A stretch of DNA of 64,000 nt from a virus (IMGVR_UViG_3300020558_000217:41600-105599), one strand, 5' to 3'. Positions 37,363-47,966 are shown, counted from the first letter of the stretch. The notes: generated by a model not told the origin, from the letters alone. Program-made: numbers and translations.

Positions 37363-38589
37363 ATGAGTAATTTTTCACAATTTATAGGTAAAGCATTCCC
37401 AATAGGCGGAATACTTAATATGCCATATAGTTCAGATTTATATACTGCTGCTGATGGTACCCAATGGTACGCTTTAGTATCTACTGCTCCTTTTGATTAT
37501 ACTTCAGATTATTCTTATTTACCAGATCACTTGACTTCGCCGCATCCTATATTTTATGGCCCGGAAAGCGGAGGACTTTGGTATGGACCTGTAGTTTCAC
37601 AATCTATTTCTATAGCATATAATCCTTCCGGACCTCTTTATGTTACTGCAACTTTTAATGGTAATGCTACTAATGGATTCAAATATTATACATCAACAAA
37701 TGGTTCAACATGGACAGAAAGAACATTTCCTAATTCTAAAACGTATCCTATTATACAGTATACAGCAGGAAAATTTATAGCAGTTTCGCCAAGTTCAACA
37801 ACAGATGGTATTATAACTTCTACTGATGGTATTAATTGGACTTCAGTTACAGGTGTGAGCATAGCAAATATCACAGATATTATATCTGATGGTACAGATG
37901 TAATTGTATTTCCATATAATAGTACAACGGCAGCATATTCTTCAGACGGTGGTTCTACTTGGGCTTCATCGACAATGGCTGCTAGTTCTGGCACTAGTAA
38001 TGCAATCAATACTAATGGTATAGGAAGTATTACATGGAACGCTGGCGCTGGATTATTTATAGCAATAACTTCTACAACAGGGCAATATCAAACATCAGCA
38101 ACAGGGGCTAATGGATCATGGACAGCCAGAACGCCAGCAACCTATAATGGTTACGCACAATTTACAAATTCAACAAGGTTTGCTTCAAACTCAACAACAA
38201 CAGTTGCAGTAGGTATAACTGGTTTTTTTGCAACTACAACTGATGGTTTAACTTGGAGTAATCATGGATTGATTTCGACCTCATTGGCTACTACTTCCGC
38301 TCCTCTTGCAGTGTATCATGATGGAACTAGATTTGTTGTTAGATTTTCTCAAAGAGTTTTTTATTCGACAGATGGTGTAACATGGACAGAAGGTAAACCA
38401 ATTGGAGGAGTATCAATTAATAGCCCAGTTTCAAGCGGTGTGATGTTTAGCTTTCTTACAAACAATTTTACATTGATTAATAAAATGTTAAAAATATCCG
38501 ATGTCACATTAACTACTCCACAAACAATTATTCCTGCTGCTGGACATTCTTTTTTTGCTGCCACCGTAAATTACGTAAGAATCAGATAA
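37363..38589 (+). CDS. Asp-box/BNR beta-propeller protein (putative receptor-binding)
   Basis: Repeated S/T-x-D/N-G-x-T/N-W boxes: STNGSTW, STDGINW, SSDGGSTW, TTDGLTW, STDGVTW. Confidence 0.75.
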   Translation: MSNFSQFIGKAFPIGGILNMPYSSDLYTAADGTQWYALVSTAPFDYTSDYSYLPDHLTSPHPIFYGPESGGLWYGPVVSQSISIAYNPSGPLYVTATFNGNATNGFKYYTSTNGSTWTERTFPNSKTYPIIQYTAGKFIAVSPSSTTDGIITSTDGINWTSVTGVSIANITDIISDGTDVIVFPYNSTTAAYSSDGGSTWASSTMAASSGTSNAINTNGIGSITWNAGAGLFIAITSTTGQYQTSATGANGSWTARTPATYNGYAQFTNSTRFASNSTTTVAVGITGFFATTTDGLTWSNHGLISTSLATTSAPLAVYHDGTRFVVRFSQRVFYSTDGVTWTEGKPIGGVSINSPVSSGVMFSFLTNNFTLINKMLKISDVTLTTPQTIIPAAGHSFFAATVNYVRIR

Positions 38590-38613
38590 ATATATAAAAA
38601 GAGAGAGATTTAA

Positions 38614-40041
38614 ATGGCTCAAAGTCAAGAATTAGCAGAATTAGGGCAATATTTATCTGTAAATAGTACTTCTAATACCATTATTTTTAATGGTATTATT
38701 TCTGTTGCTAATGTATCTATGACTTCTGCCGGATTTACAGTTAATGGTTCAACAGTTGTTGTAAACTCTTCTGGTGTTACAACAACAGGATTTGTTAATG
38801 CTACTTCAAGTGTTAACTCTGCTTCGTATACGACTGGCGGAACAGGAACGAGTACTGGCGGATTTGTTGCTAATACCACTCGAATTTTTATTGGCAATAA
38901 TACTGTTAATGCAGCTGTTAATACTACTGTTTTATATATTAGTGGTAATGTTATTGCTAATTCTACTGGCGCTAACAATGCATTCAATTTAGGCGGAACT
39001 GCTGCTTCTTCCTATCAGCTTAATTCTACTTTAAACGCTAATATTGCCAGTTACCTTCCAACATATACTGGTGTTGTTAATGGTTCTAGTCATACTGTAG
39101 GTTCTTCATTTATTGCTAATGCTACTGGTGTTTATCATACTGGCACAATGAACGCTGCCAGTCTTACAGTGGGAACTTCTACAATCGCTAATTCCACTGG
39201 CGTTTACACTGGTATTGTTAATGGTTCTAGTATTACAGTTGGAACTTCTTTCACTGCTAACTCTACTGTGGTTAACGCTGTCAGTTTAAGAGTAGCTAGT
39301 AGTTTCTTAGCCAATACTACAGGCGCTTATCATACTGGAACTATGAACGCTGCTAGTTTTACAGTAGGCACCTCAACAATTGCTAATGCTACTGGTGTTT
39401 ACACTGGAATAGTTAATGCTACAACGATCTCAACTGGTTCAGTAAACGTAATAAATGCTTCTGGTTTGACAACCTCGGCCAACGTTAATATATCAGCAAC
39501 AGGCGAACTTATTATCACTGCTGGCGCTGGTATATCTGCTAATGGCGGATTTGGTACCGCTGGTCAAGTTTTAACTTCTAATGCATCTTCAATATATTGG
39601 TCAACAGTTGGCGGTGGTGCTACGCTAACTGCAAATAATACTGACACAGTTACATATTACTTACCTATGGCCAATACTACATCAGGCACTTGGTCTAATG
39701 CTGTAGTTTCAACCACCAAACTATACTTTGTTCCTTCAACTGGAACTTTGTCCGCTACGATATTCAATTCACTATCAGACGCTAATCAAAAGACAAATGT
39801 TCAGATTATTACCAGTGCTGTTAATACAGTCAGTAAAATGGAAGGTGTTTCGTTCAACTGGAAAGATTCTGGAGCAAAATCATATGGTGTTATTGCTCAA
39901 GAAATTGAAAAGATACTTCCGGATATTGTCAATGAAAACAATGGAACTAAGTCTGTCAATTATGATGCTATCATAGCGTTCCTTATTCAATCAGTCAAAG
40001 AACTTTCTGAAAGGGTTGAGAGATTAGAGAATGACAAGTAA
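38614..40041 (+). CDS. tail fibre with C-terminal S74 intramolecular chaperone
   Basis: SDANQKTNV...GVSFNWK...YGVIAQEIEKILPDIV...SVNY..IIAFLIQSVKEL. Confidence 0.88.
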   Translation: MAQSQELAELGQYLSVNSTSNTIIFNGIISVANVSMTSAGFTVNGSTVVVNSSGVTTTGFVNATSSVNSASYTTGGTGTSTGGFVANTTRIFIGNNTVNAAVNTTVLYISGNVIANSTGANNAFNLGGTAASSYQLNSTLNANIASYLPTYTGVVNGSSHTVGSSFIANATGVYHTGTMNAASLTVGTSTIANSTGVYTGIVNGSSITVGTSFTANSTVVNAVSLRVASSFLANTTGAYHTGTMNAASFTVGTSTIANATGVYTGIVNATTISTGSVNVINASGLTTSANVNISATGELIITAGAGISANGGFGTAGQVLTSNASSIYWSTVGGGATLTANNTDTVTYYLPMANTTSGTWSNAVVSTTKLYFVPSTGTLSATIFNSLSDANQKTNVQIITSAVNTVSKMEGVSFNWKDSGAKSYGVIAQEIEKILPDIVNENNGTKSVNYDAIIAFLIQSVKELSERVERLENDK

Positions 40042-41194
40042 TTATCTTGCCGATGATCCAATTTTAGGTAGCGTAGATTTAGACGATCTATTTGTCACTG
40101 ACGCTTGGTTAGTTGATCAGTTTGTTGGTAATCAGATGTGGGCGTTTGGGCAAAACAATTTTGGTCAATTAGGAGACAGAACAATAGTTCATCGTTCTTC
40201 ACCAGTTCAAGTAGGATCGCTAGTAAATTGGAGTCGTGTTGCTGCTGGTAGTGATCATATAGTATCAATAAAAACAGATGGCACTTTATGGGCATGGGGT
40301 TACGGCGCTCAAGGTCAATTGGGTCTTGGTAATACTACTAGTCGTTCATCTCCAGTTCAAGTAGGTTCATTAACTAATTGGAAACAAGTGTCAGGCGGTT
40401 ATTATGAAACATTAGCAATTAAAACAGACGGCACTTTATGGGGATGGGGTTATAATTTTTATGGTCAATTAGGAGATGGAACGAGAGTTGATAAGTCTTC
40501 GCCTATTCAAGTTGGAACTTTGACTAATTGGAAACAAGTTGAAACCTCATTTGGATTTACAATAGCAATTAAAACAGATGGTACGTTATGGGCATGGGGA
40601 TTAAACGATTATGGTCAATTAGGTTTAGGAGATATAGTTCATCGATCATCGCCTATTCAAGTTGGATCATTAACCAACTGGAAACAAGTTTCAGTGGGTT
40701 ATTATAGCACATTTGCGATTAAGACTGACGGAACATTATGGGCATGGGGCAGAAATAATTTTGGGTTTCTAGGAATAGGTAATACCGCCCATCGTTCTTC
40801 TCCTACTCAAGTTGGATCATTGACTAATTGGAAACAGGTTTCTTCTGGACAATTTCATGTAGCAGCTATTAAAACTGATGGAACTTTGTGGAGTTGGGGA
40901 AATAATGATTATGGTCAATTAGGCTCAGGGAATTCTACTGGTCGTTCTTCTCCTATACAAATAGGAACATTGACTAATTGGAAACAAGTTTCCTTAGCTA
41001 AATTCAATTATCACACAACAGCAATCAAAACTGATGGTACATTATGGTCTTGGGGGCTTAATATTGAGGGTTACTTGGGTCATAATGATCTAGTTTGGAA
41101 GTCTTCTCCTGTGCAACTTGGTTCATTAACTAATTGGAAGGAAGTTGCTACTGCATTTAGATCAACTGTAGCAATAACTTACACTGAAATATAA
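40031..41194 (+). CDS. RCC1/BLIP-II repeat beta-propeller protein 1
   Basis: About 7 repeats of ~50 aa: AIKTDGTLWAWG.N..GQLG.G....RSSPVQVGSLTNWKQVS.G. Confidence 0.9.
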   Translation: MTSNYLADDPILGSVDLDDLFVTDAWLVDQFVGNQMWAFGQNNFGQLGDRTIVHRSSPVQVGSLVNWSRVAAGSDHIVSIKTDGTLWAWGYGAQGQLGLGNTTSRSSPVQVGSLTNWKQVSGGYYETLAIKTDGTLWGWGYNFYGQLGDGTRVDKSSPIQVGTLTNWKQVETSFGFTIAIKTDGTLWAWGLNDYGQLGLGDIVHRSSPIQVGSLTNWKQVSVGYYSTFAIKTDGTLWAWGRNNFGFLGIGNTAHRSSPTQVGSLTNWKQVSSGQFHVAAIKTDGTLWSWGNNDYGQLGSGNSTGRSSPIQIGTLTNWKQVSLAKFNYHTTAIKTDGTLWSWGLNIEGYLGHNDLVWKSSPVQLGSLTNWKEVATAFRSTVAITYTEI

Positions 41195-41206
41195 TAGAGG
41201 AATAAA

Positions 41207-41860
41207 ATGACTGATTACGTTCTTGTAGAAAACAAACAAATAATTCATCTTGGTCCTATGGGTTGGAAGCCAAGAATGTTTCAATCTGAATTGAACGATC
41301 TTGAAGTAGATTTTACTGTTCCTACAGCAGAACCCGGATACATTCAGATCAATGAAAACTTTGAGATTATGCCTGTGAGTTTAGATACTCCAACGCATAA
41401 TCCATTGTTTGAAGAACTGGCAGGTCCATTTTGGACGTATGAAAATAATACTGCTATTGGTCATTACACTGTGCATGACGGTAATATAGATTCTATCAAA
41501 GGCAATTTAAAAAACATCGTCGCTGCTCTAAGATATAATAAAGAACAAACTCCGTTCAAATACACCATTCAAGGAACAGAAATTACTGTTGATGCGTCAA
41601 GAGAAAACAGAAATATCTTTGTTCAGAAATATCAATTTATGACTGACGCTGAAACTGTTGATTGGAAGTTTCCAGAAACATGGCTCACACTAACTAAGGC
41701 AGAACTCGGCGAATTAGTTGTGGCTGGTGCTACTCACATTCAGACACAATTTGATTGGGAAAAAGGATATGTTGATAGTATTGAAAGTTCTACAACTATT
41801 GACAATCTAAGAAACATTTATAATGAATTGATACCTCCGCCTAATTACTCAGGGGTGTAG
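41207..41860 (+). CDS. DUF4376-like tail fibre assembly/accessory protein
   Basis: LK..VAALRY.KE....I.G.EI.VD..RE, VDWKF..TWLTLT..EL, HIQ.QFDWE. Confidence 0.6.
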   Translation: MTDYVLVENKQIIHLGPMGWKPRMFQSELNDLEVDFTVPTAEPGYIQINENFEIMPVSLDTPTHNPLFEELAGPFWTYENNTAIGHYTVHDGNIDSIKGNLKNIVAALRYNKEQTPFKYTIQGTEITVDASRENRNIFVQKYQFMTDAETVDWKFPETWLTLTKAELGELVVAGATHIQTQFDWEKGYVDSIESSTTIDNLRNIYNELIPPPNYSGV

Positions 41861-41862
41861 TA

Positions 41863-43098
41863 ATGGCTGTTACTGGTCCTAACACAGGATTTACACTCAC
41901 TGAATCAGGAGTAACGAGTGATCTTGGTAATAGGTATGTTTCTAAAGACTATCTACTTGATGTTTATCCCAATTTAGTTTCTCCAACAGGAAACAGAACT
42001 TCTCCTGGATTGTATGTTTGGGGATTTCAAACCAGTCCTAGTGGCGAGTATTTTTTGGGTCTAGGAGACAGTAATCATCGTTCTTCGCCAGTTCAACTTG
42101 GATCGTTGAGTAATTGGAACATGGCTAGTTATGGCGATACTCATGTCATAGCTTTAAAAACAGATGGCACTTTATGGGGGTGGGGCGGTGATAGTGGATC
42201 AAGAGGAGCATTTGGTGTAGTTACTAATTTAGGTGGTACTTATTCAACGCCAATACAGTTAGGCGCTGATACAAACTGGAAATTTGTAAAAGCAGGAAGA
42301 TTATTGTCAGTAGGATTGAAAAATGATGGATCGATGTGGGCGACAGGTTATAACTTAGATGGTCAGTTAGGTTTCGGAACAGGAGGTGTAAATGTTTCTA
42401 GTTGGACTCAAATAGGCTCTGATACTAACTGGAAACAATTAGTGTATGGCGAGTATAGTGGTTACGCTTTAAAAAATAATGGTACATTATGGAGTTGGGG
42501 ATTTAATGGTAGTGGTCAATTAGGCCATGGTAATATAGTCCATCGTTCTTCTCCTACTCAAGTTGGTTCATTAACTAACTGGAAACAAGTTTCTGCTGGT
42601 CTTAGATATGGAATGGCAGTCAAAACAGATGGCACATTATGGGCATGGGGTCACAATAATGTAGGCCAATTAGGTTTAGGTGATCTTGTTCATCGTTCGT
42701 CTCCTGTTCAGGTTGGTTCATTGACCAATTGGAAAGAAGTTTCTTGCGGAGGATGGGCATGTTTTGCGATTAAAACAGATGGAACATTATGGGCTTGGGG
42801 TCATAATCCAGCGGGCGACTTAGGTTTAAACGATACTAATAGTCGTTCTTCCCCTGTTCAGGTTGGTTCATTGACCAATTGGAAACGTGTTTTTGGTGCC
42901 TGTGGTAAAGCAATTAAGACTGACGGAACATTGTGGGGATGGGGACGAAATTCCGAAGGAAATGTAGGAGTTGGTACTGCAACAGATAGATCATCACCTA
43001 TTCAAATAGGCACAGAAACAACTTGGAAATCTTGTAATTACGATGGTTATAACACTACTAGAATGACAACATTCGCAATCAAAGACGGATATTTTTAA
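41863..43098 (+). CDS. RCC1/BLIP-II repeat beta-propeller protein 2
   Basis: Same KTDGTLW.WG / RSSP.Q.G..TNWK repeats. Confidence 0.9.
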   Translation: MAVTGPNTGFTLTESGVTSDLGNRYVSKDYLLDVYPNLVSPTGNRTSPGLYVWGFQTSPSGEYFLGLGDSNHRSSPVQLGSLSNWNMASYGDTHVIALKTDGTLWGWGGDSGSRGAFGVVTNLGGTYSTPIQLGADTNWKFVKAGRLLSVGLKNDGSMWATGYNLDGQLGFGTGGVNVSSWTQIGSDTNWKQLVYGEYSGYALKNNGTLWSWGFNGSGQLGHGNIVHRSSPTQVGSLTNWKQVSAGLRYGMAVKTDGTLWAWGHNNVGQLGLGDLVHRSSPVQVGSLTNWKEVSCGGWACFAIKTDGTLWAWGHNPAGDLGLNDTNSRSSPVQVGSLTNWKRVFGACGKAIKTDGTLWGWGRNSEGNVGVGTATDRSSPIQIGTETTWKSCNYDGYNTTRMTTFAIKDGYF

Positions 43099-44289
43099 AT
43101 GCCAGCAATAGGATATAAATTTCCAATCTATAATTCTGATGGTAATGTATCAACTACAAGCGTTGATATGGGCGATATGTTTGTTTTTAAAGATCAGTTT
43201 TTGAATGCCGGATTATATGGGTGGGGAGACGATACTTATGGTCAAATAGGTGCAAATGTGGCAAATGATAGGCGTTCTTCGCCCGTTCAAATAGGCTCAT
43301 TGACCAATTGGAAAGATATTACCAATGGGATTCAACATAATCATGCTATTAAAACTGATGGAACTTTGTGGAGTTGGGGTGCAAACTTTGCAGCACAATT
43401 AGGTGATGGAACAACTACTAATCGTTCATCTCCTGTTCAAATAGGAACAGGTACAAATTGGAAACAAATTTCTGCCGGTGGAAATTTTGTATTAGTTATC
43501 AAAACCGATGGCACTTTATGGGGATGGGGGGCCGCATCTTTTGGAAGATTAGGAGACGGAACAACCGTTACTAAGTCTTCGCCCGTTCAGATAGGAACAG
43601 ACACAAATTGGAAACAAGTTTCTGCTGGTTTTTTACATGGCGGAGCAATTAAAACCGACGGTACATTATGGACGTGGGGTTATAATGTTTTTGGCGCAGT
43701 AGGCGACGGAACAACTACTGATCGTTCATCTCCTGTTCAAATAGGAACAGGTACAAATTGGAAACAAGTTTCTGCCGGTTACACACACACTGGCGCTATT
43801 AAAACTGATGGTACTTTATGGGTGTGGGGAAACGGAGTTAATGGTAGATTAGGCAACGGAACAACTACTGATCGTTCATCTCCTGTTCAAGTAGGAACAT
43901 TATCAAATTGGAAACAAATTTCTAGTGGAGCAGCTCATACTGGCGCTATAAAAACTGATGGTACTTTATGGATGTGGGGTCTGAATAATGATGGACAATT
44001 AGGTGATGGCACTGTTGTTTCAAAATCCTCGCCAATACAAATAGGAACAGGCACAAATTGGAAACAAATTTGCTTATCTAAAACTGGATATTATACATTA
44101 GCAATCAAAACAGATGGCACATTGTGGGCGTGGGGAATAAACGCCAATATTTCTCCACATGGTAATCTAGGTTTAGGAGATATAGTTCATCGATCATCGC
44201 CTGTTCAGATAGGATCACTAACTAACTGGAAACAAGTTTCAGCAGGAGAAGTTAGCGCACACGCTATATCTGCACCAGAACTACCCTAA
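43099..44289 (+). CDS. RCC1/BLIP-II repeat beta-propeller protein 3
   Basis: Same repeats; 150-nt period visible in DNA (e.g. 43708 and 43858). Confidence 0.9.
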   Translation: MPAIGYKFPIYNSDGNVSTTSVDMGDMFVFKDQFLNAGLYGWGDDTYGQIGANVANDRRSSPVQIGSLTNWKDITNGIQHNHAIKTDGTLWSWGANFAAQLGDGTTTNRSSPVQIGTGTNWKQISAGGNFVLVIKTDGTLWGWGAASFGRLGDGTTVTKSSPVQIGTDTNWKQVSAGFLHGGAIKTDGTLWTWGYNVFGAVGDGTTTDRSSPVQIGTGTNWKQVSAGYTHTGAIKTDGTLWVWGNGVNGRLGNGTTTDRSSPVQVGTLSNWKQISSGAAHTGAIKTDGTLWMWGLNNDGQLGDGTVVSKSSPIQIGTGTNWKQICLSKTGYYTLAIKTDGTLWAWGINANISPHGNLGLGDIVHRSSPVQIGSLTNWKQVSAGEVSAHAISAPELP

Positions 44290-44317
44290 ATAGTCTATAT
44301 TAGATTATGAGGTCGTT

Positions 44318-45745
44318 ATGAAATCAGATGAAATTTGGCAGTCAATCACTGCTGGTCTTCCAAAAACACCATCACCATCAGAAACTATTCCGTTACCTGA
44401 AATTTTAAGGGTTATGGAATATTGCTTAGACAATCGTGTAGAAAAATTTAACGCTGCTATTGACCTATTAGATTGTATTGCACCGCTAAGAAATGATATT
44501 GAGTTTCTTAACTTTAAAGCAATGGTCGAGTTCGTTGCAAAAAAGTATAATCGTTGCTTACAAACTTCTGAACAAATTTTAAATCACTATAAAGACACCA
44601 ACACATACTTTAACGCCGGGCGTGCAGCGTATAAAGCCAATCAACTAGAGAAATCATTAGAATATCTCACCAAATCATTAGAACTTGATCCAGAAAATGT
44701 TTCTGTTCTTCTTGATTACGCTGTCACCATTTGTACCATGGGAGACTTTGATGGTTCATTGGATATTATCAACAACATAGATAAATCAAAATATTCCGAA
44801 AGAGACCAGAAAGTAACTGACTTCAATAAAGGTTGGCATACTATTCGGAAAGGCGACTTCAAGAAAGGTATGGCTCTACTTAATATTGGTCGTGATCTTA
44901 AACTATTAGGAACACATTCTGATAAGTATGATCAACCAGAATGGGATGGCACTACATATGAAGGTAAAACTATTCTTATTGTCGGCGAAGGTGGTATTGG
45001 TGACGAAGTAATCAATGCTCGTTTCTCTAAGATCATCAAAGAACGTGGTATGAAATGTATCATGTCTACGGTACATAACAATCAGTCTATGTTATCTTCC
45101 GTTAGAATGATTGACAAGGTGATTGACAATAAAGACATTCGTAAAGAAAAGTGGGACTACTGGGTTCCTTGTATGTCTCTGCCATATAAGTTAGGCATAG
45201 ACTCTAACGAAATACCAAATGAACCATATCTATTTGCTAAACCAGGATATGTTGTTAAGTGGAAGAACAGAATCAAATCTGATAAGAAACTTAACATTGG
45301 TATTCGTTGGATGGGTAATCCATTATACGAACTAGAATTAGCCAGAACAATTCCTGTAGAATACTTTGACGAACTATCTAAGTATGACGTTCAACTTTGG
45401 TCGTTACAAAAAGATGACGGTGTTCCGTTTAGATTGCCAACTAATACTATAGACTTGGCATCAGGTTTTGAGAATTGGGATGATACGATGGGAGCCATTA
45501 TGAATATGGATCTTGTCATTACATCCTGCACCTCTGTTGCTCATGTTGCCGCTGCTCTTGGAAAACCTACATGGGTTGTAATGCCCTTACTTCCATATTA
45601 TACTTGGGCAGACATGAAAAAAGAATCCTACTGGTATAAGAATGTATCTTGTTACCGTCAAAGAGTATGGCAAGATTGGTCTGCTCCATTTGATGAATTG
45701 AAGAAAGATTTAGAACATGAAATTAAACTTAGCAATTCCAATTAG
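44318..45745 (+). CDS. TPR-domain GT-B glycosyltransferase (GT9/heptosyltransferase-like)
   Basis: TPR helices (YFNAGRAAYKANQLEKSLEYLTKSLELDPEN); GKTILIVGEGGIGDEV; MDLVITSCTSVAHVAAALGKPTWV. Confidence 0.85.
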   Translation: MKSDEIWQSITAGLPKTPSPSETIPLPEILRVMEYCLDNRVEKFNAAIDLLDCIAPLRNDIEFLNFKAMVEFVAKKYNRCLQTSEQILNHYKDTNTYFNAGRAAYKANQLEKSLEYLTKSLELDPENVSVLLDYAVTICTMGDFDGSLDIINNIDKSKYSERDQKVTDFNKGWHTIRKGDFKKGMALLNIGRDLKLLGTHSDKYDQPEWDGTTYEGKTILIVGEGGIGDEVINARFSKIIKERGMKCIMSTVHNNQSMLSSVRMIDKVIDNKDIRKEKWDYWVPCMSLPYKLGIDSNEIPNEPYLFAKPGYVVKWKNRIKSDKKLNIGIRWMGNPLYELELARTIPVEYFDELSKYDVQLWSLQKDDGVPFRLPTNTIDLASGFENWDDTMGAIMNMDLVITSCTSVAHVAAALGKPTWVVMPLLPYYTWADMKKESYWYKNVSCYRQRVWQDWSAPFDELKKDLEHEIKLSNSN

Positions 45746-46475
45746 AACTTCTGGTGTATATAACTTTTGGAACTCTGAAAGATATATCAGTAAAGATAAG
45801 GGTCTAATCACTAGAACCTGTATTAAAAGTCTTGCCGCTTCTATCGCTGCATCTCAAGTAAGGCCAATCATATCCATTCACGATGATAACTCTGACGATT
45901 ATACTCTTAACTCTATACACGAATCATTTCATGAATATGGATTAAAGTATGAGTTATATCACACAGAACCACAACAGAACTTTATATCGCAGTATGAATG
46001 GACTATAGAACAAGATTTTGATTTTGTTTATAACATAGAAGATGATTACCTACATTATCCTGCTGCCATACATGATATGGTTGATATGATTGATTGTATG
46101 AATCGGCTAAAACCTTATGACTATGCCATGTATCCATTCAACAATCCACACAGATACCAAAGTTTCGCTGCTTTGTATCCCTCATATATTGTAAAAGGAA
46201 CCTACCAGTATTGGCGTTCGCTATTGCATTCAACTCATACCTTTATGTGTTCTAAGAAGTGTTTTGTGGATAATATAGATATAATGAAAGACCAAGCATA
46301 CACTTGGCATGTTGATGCTGCCGTTGAGGATGAAAGCATCAATAAAGTTTGGAGAAACCAGGAAACAATATTATTCTGTCCAATGAACTCTCTGGCGTTT
46401 CATATGACAGACGTTACACAAAAGCCTGACTTTGATGATTGGCAGACATTATGGAGTTACTATGAAACACGGTAA
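45717..46475 (+). CDS. GT-A (GT2-like) glycosyltransferase
   Basis: IHDDNSDD and VYNIEDDYLH motifs. Confidence 0.7.
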   Translation: MKLNLAIPIRTSGVYNFWNSERYISKDKGLITRTCIKSLAASIAASQVRPIISIHDDNSDDYTLNSIHESFHEYGLKYELYHTEPQQNFISQYEWTIEQDFDFVYNIEDDYLHYPAAIHDMVDMIDCMNRLKPYDYAMYPFNNPHRYQSFAALYPSYIVKGTYQYWRSLLHSTHTFMCSKKCFVDNIDIMKDQAYTWHVDAAVEDESINKVWRNQETILFCPMNSLAFHMTDVTQKPDFDDWQTLWSYYETR

Positions 46476-47301
46476 GACAGCGGTATATACTATTCTCAAG
46501 AATGAAAAGCAGTATATCGAAAAGTGGTTATATTACGCCGATCCTTTTGATTACAAGGTTTTACTTGACACCGGATCAGCTGATGGTTCATGGGAAATGT
46601 TGCAAGAGGCAGCAACAAAAGATCCAAAACTAATCATTGAACAAAAAACATTTACGCCTTGGCATTTCTCTAATGCTCGCAATCATAACATGACAATGAT
46701 TCCGAATGATGTTATTTGGTGTCTTTCGCCAGACTTAGACGAATACTATTCTATCAATACACATGATCAAATCGAAAAGGTTATTGATCAGAATCCTAAT
46801 GCGACTTCTATTACTTCTGATAGGTTGGATATCTACTCACATCATGTAAAGGTCGGACCACCATTTCTACTACCTACTAACAAAATTCATCTCAAGGATT
46901 ATTACAACTGGAAACAGCCGGTGTATGAATACATCAACTATATTGGGCCAGAAGGTTATGATGTTGAAGTTTATGATCCCTTGATTTGCCTTATTCACGA
47001 TCAGGATTTTCGTAAGAAAGAACGATCAGAATTATACATCAAACTTATGGAAGACGAATACGCTGTCAATCCCACAAACACTTGGGTTCTATGGTTTCTA
47101 ACATATCACTACTATAAGTCAAGGCAAATAGACAAATACATTCCCGCTGCTTGCGATTATATTACTTATCATGACAACATGTATGATAATAACTATAAGG
47201 GACTTTTGAAGGATCTAACCAACTTATATTTCTTTGATAAAGATGTTACACCAGAGCAGAAAGAACAGATCAAATCAGTAATCAAGGGCAAGTCAATATG
47301 A
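46462..47301 (+). CDS. GT2 glycosyltransferase (SunS-like) with helical C-terminus
   Basis: VYTILKNEKQYI, LLDTGSADGS, FSNARN, DLDE motif; start revised to ATG 46462 after GGAG. Confidence 0.82.
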   Translation: MKHGKTAVYTILKNEKQYIEKWLYYADPFDYKVLLDTGSADGSWEMLQEAATKDPKLIIEQKTFTPWHFSNARNHNMTMIPNDVIWCLSPDLDEYYSINTHDQIEKVIDQNPNATSITSDRLDIYSHHVKVGPPFLLPTNKIHLKDYYNWKQPVYEYINYIGPEGYDVEVYDPLICLIHDQDFRKKERSELYIKLMEDEYAVNPTNTWVLWFLTYHYYKSRQIDKYIPAACDYITYHDNMYDNNYKGLLKDLTNLYFFDKDVTPEQKEQIKSVIKGKSI

Positions 47302-47966
47302 ATAATTTTAGATGGATAATTGAAAACCCTAACGATACTATTCAAAGTTCTTTAAAAGCAGGTCATTTTCACGAACAACGTGAAATGGAGATTATGAAAG
47401 AGTATTGTCCAAAGGGAGCGCATATACTGGACATTGGCGCTAATGTTGGTAATCATTCAGTGTATTTTAGTAAGTTCTTTGATGCTGAAATAATCTATGC
47501 TATCGAACCATTGCCAGTGGCATACAAGATGTTGTTAGCCAATCTGTGTTTAAACTACTGTCATAATGTTAATGTTGATTATGTCGGCGTAGCATTAGGT
47601 CATATGGAAACTCAAGGATTTCCGATGGAGATTTATCCTGACAATCTAGGATCAACCAGATTGTTTCATGAAGATAAAACCGATTTACCATTTCAGAAGT
47701 TTGATCCAGTCAATATCATTCCAGGTGATGTTCTATTTGCTGATAAAAGAGTTGATTTTATCAAGATGGATATTGAAGGAATGGAGATGGTTGCTCTTAT
47801 GGGATTAAAAGAAACCATCGCCAGAAATAGACCTAATATGTTTGTTGAAGTCAGTATTGAAAACGTAGAAGATTTTCACCAGTGGATGGACGAAAATAAC
47901 TATAAAGTTGTTTGGAATGAGATAGAACCTAGAATTTTTGCTTCATATATTATCATTCCTCAGTAA
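47298..47966 (+). CDS. FkbM-family SAM methyltransferase
   Basis: ILDIGANVGNHSVYF, AIEP, VDFIKMDIEGME...RPNMFVE. Confidence 0.9.
   Translation: MNNFRWIIENPNDTIQSSLKAGHFHEQREMEIMKEYCPKGAHILDIGANVGNHSVYFSKFFDAEIIYAIEPLPVAYKMLLANLCLNYCHNVNVDYVGVALGHMETQGFPMEIYPDNLGSTRLFHEDKTDLPFQKFDPVNIIPGDVLFADKRVDFIKMDIEGMEMVALMGLKETIARNRPNMFVEVSIENVEDFHQWMDENNYKVVWNEIEPRIFASYIIIPQ

Noticed and set aside
40031-44289. Regular ~150-bp repeats as a CRISPR array or DGR template/variable repeats
   Set aside because: The repeats are in-frame RCC1 blades with synonymous variation. There is no repeat-spacer structure, no obvious adenine-specific mismatch pattern, and no reverse transcriptase or cas gene in the window.
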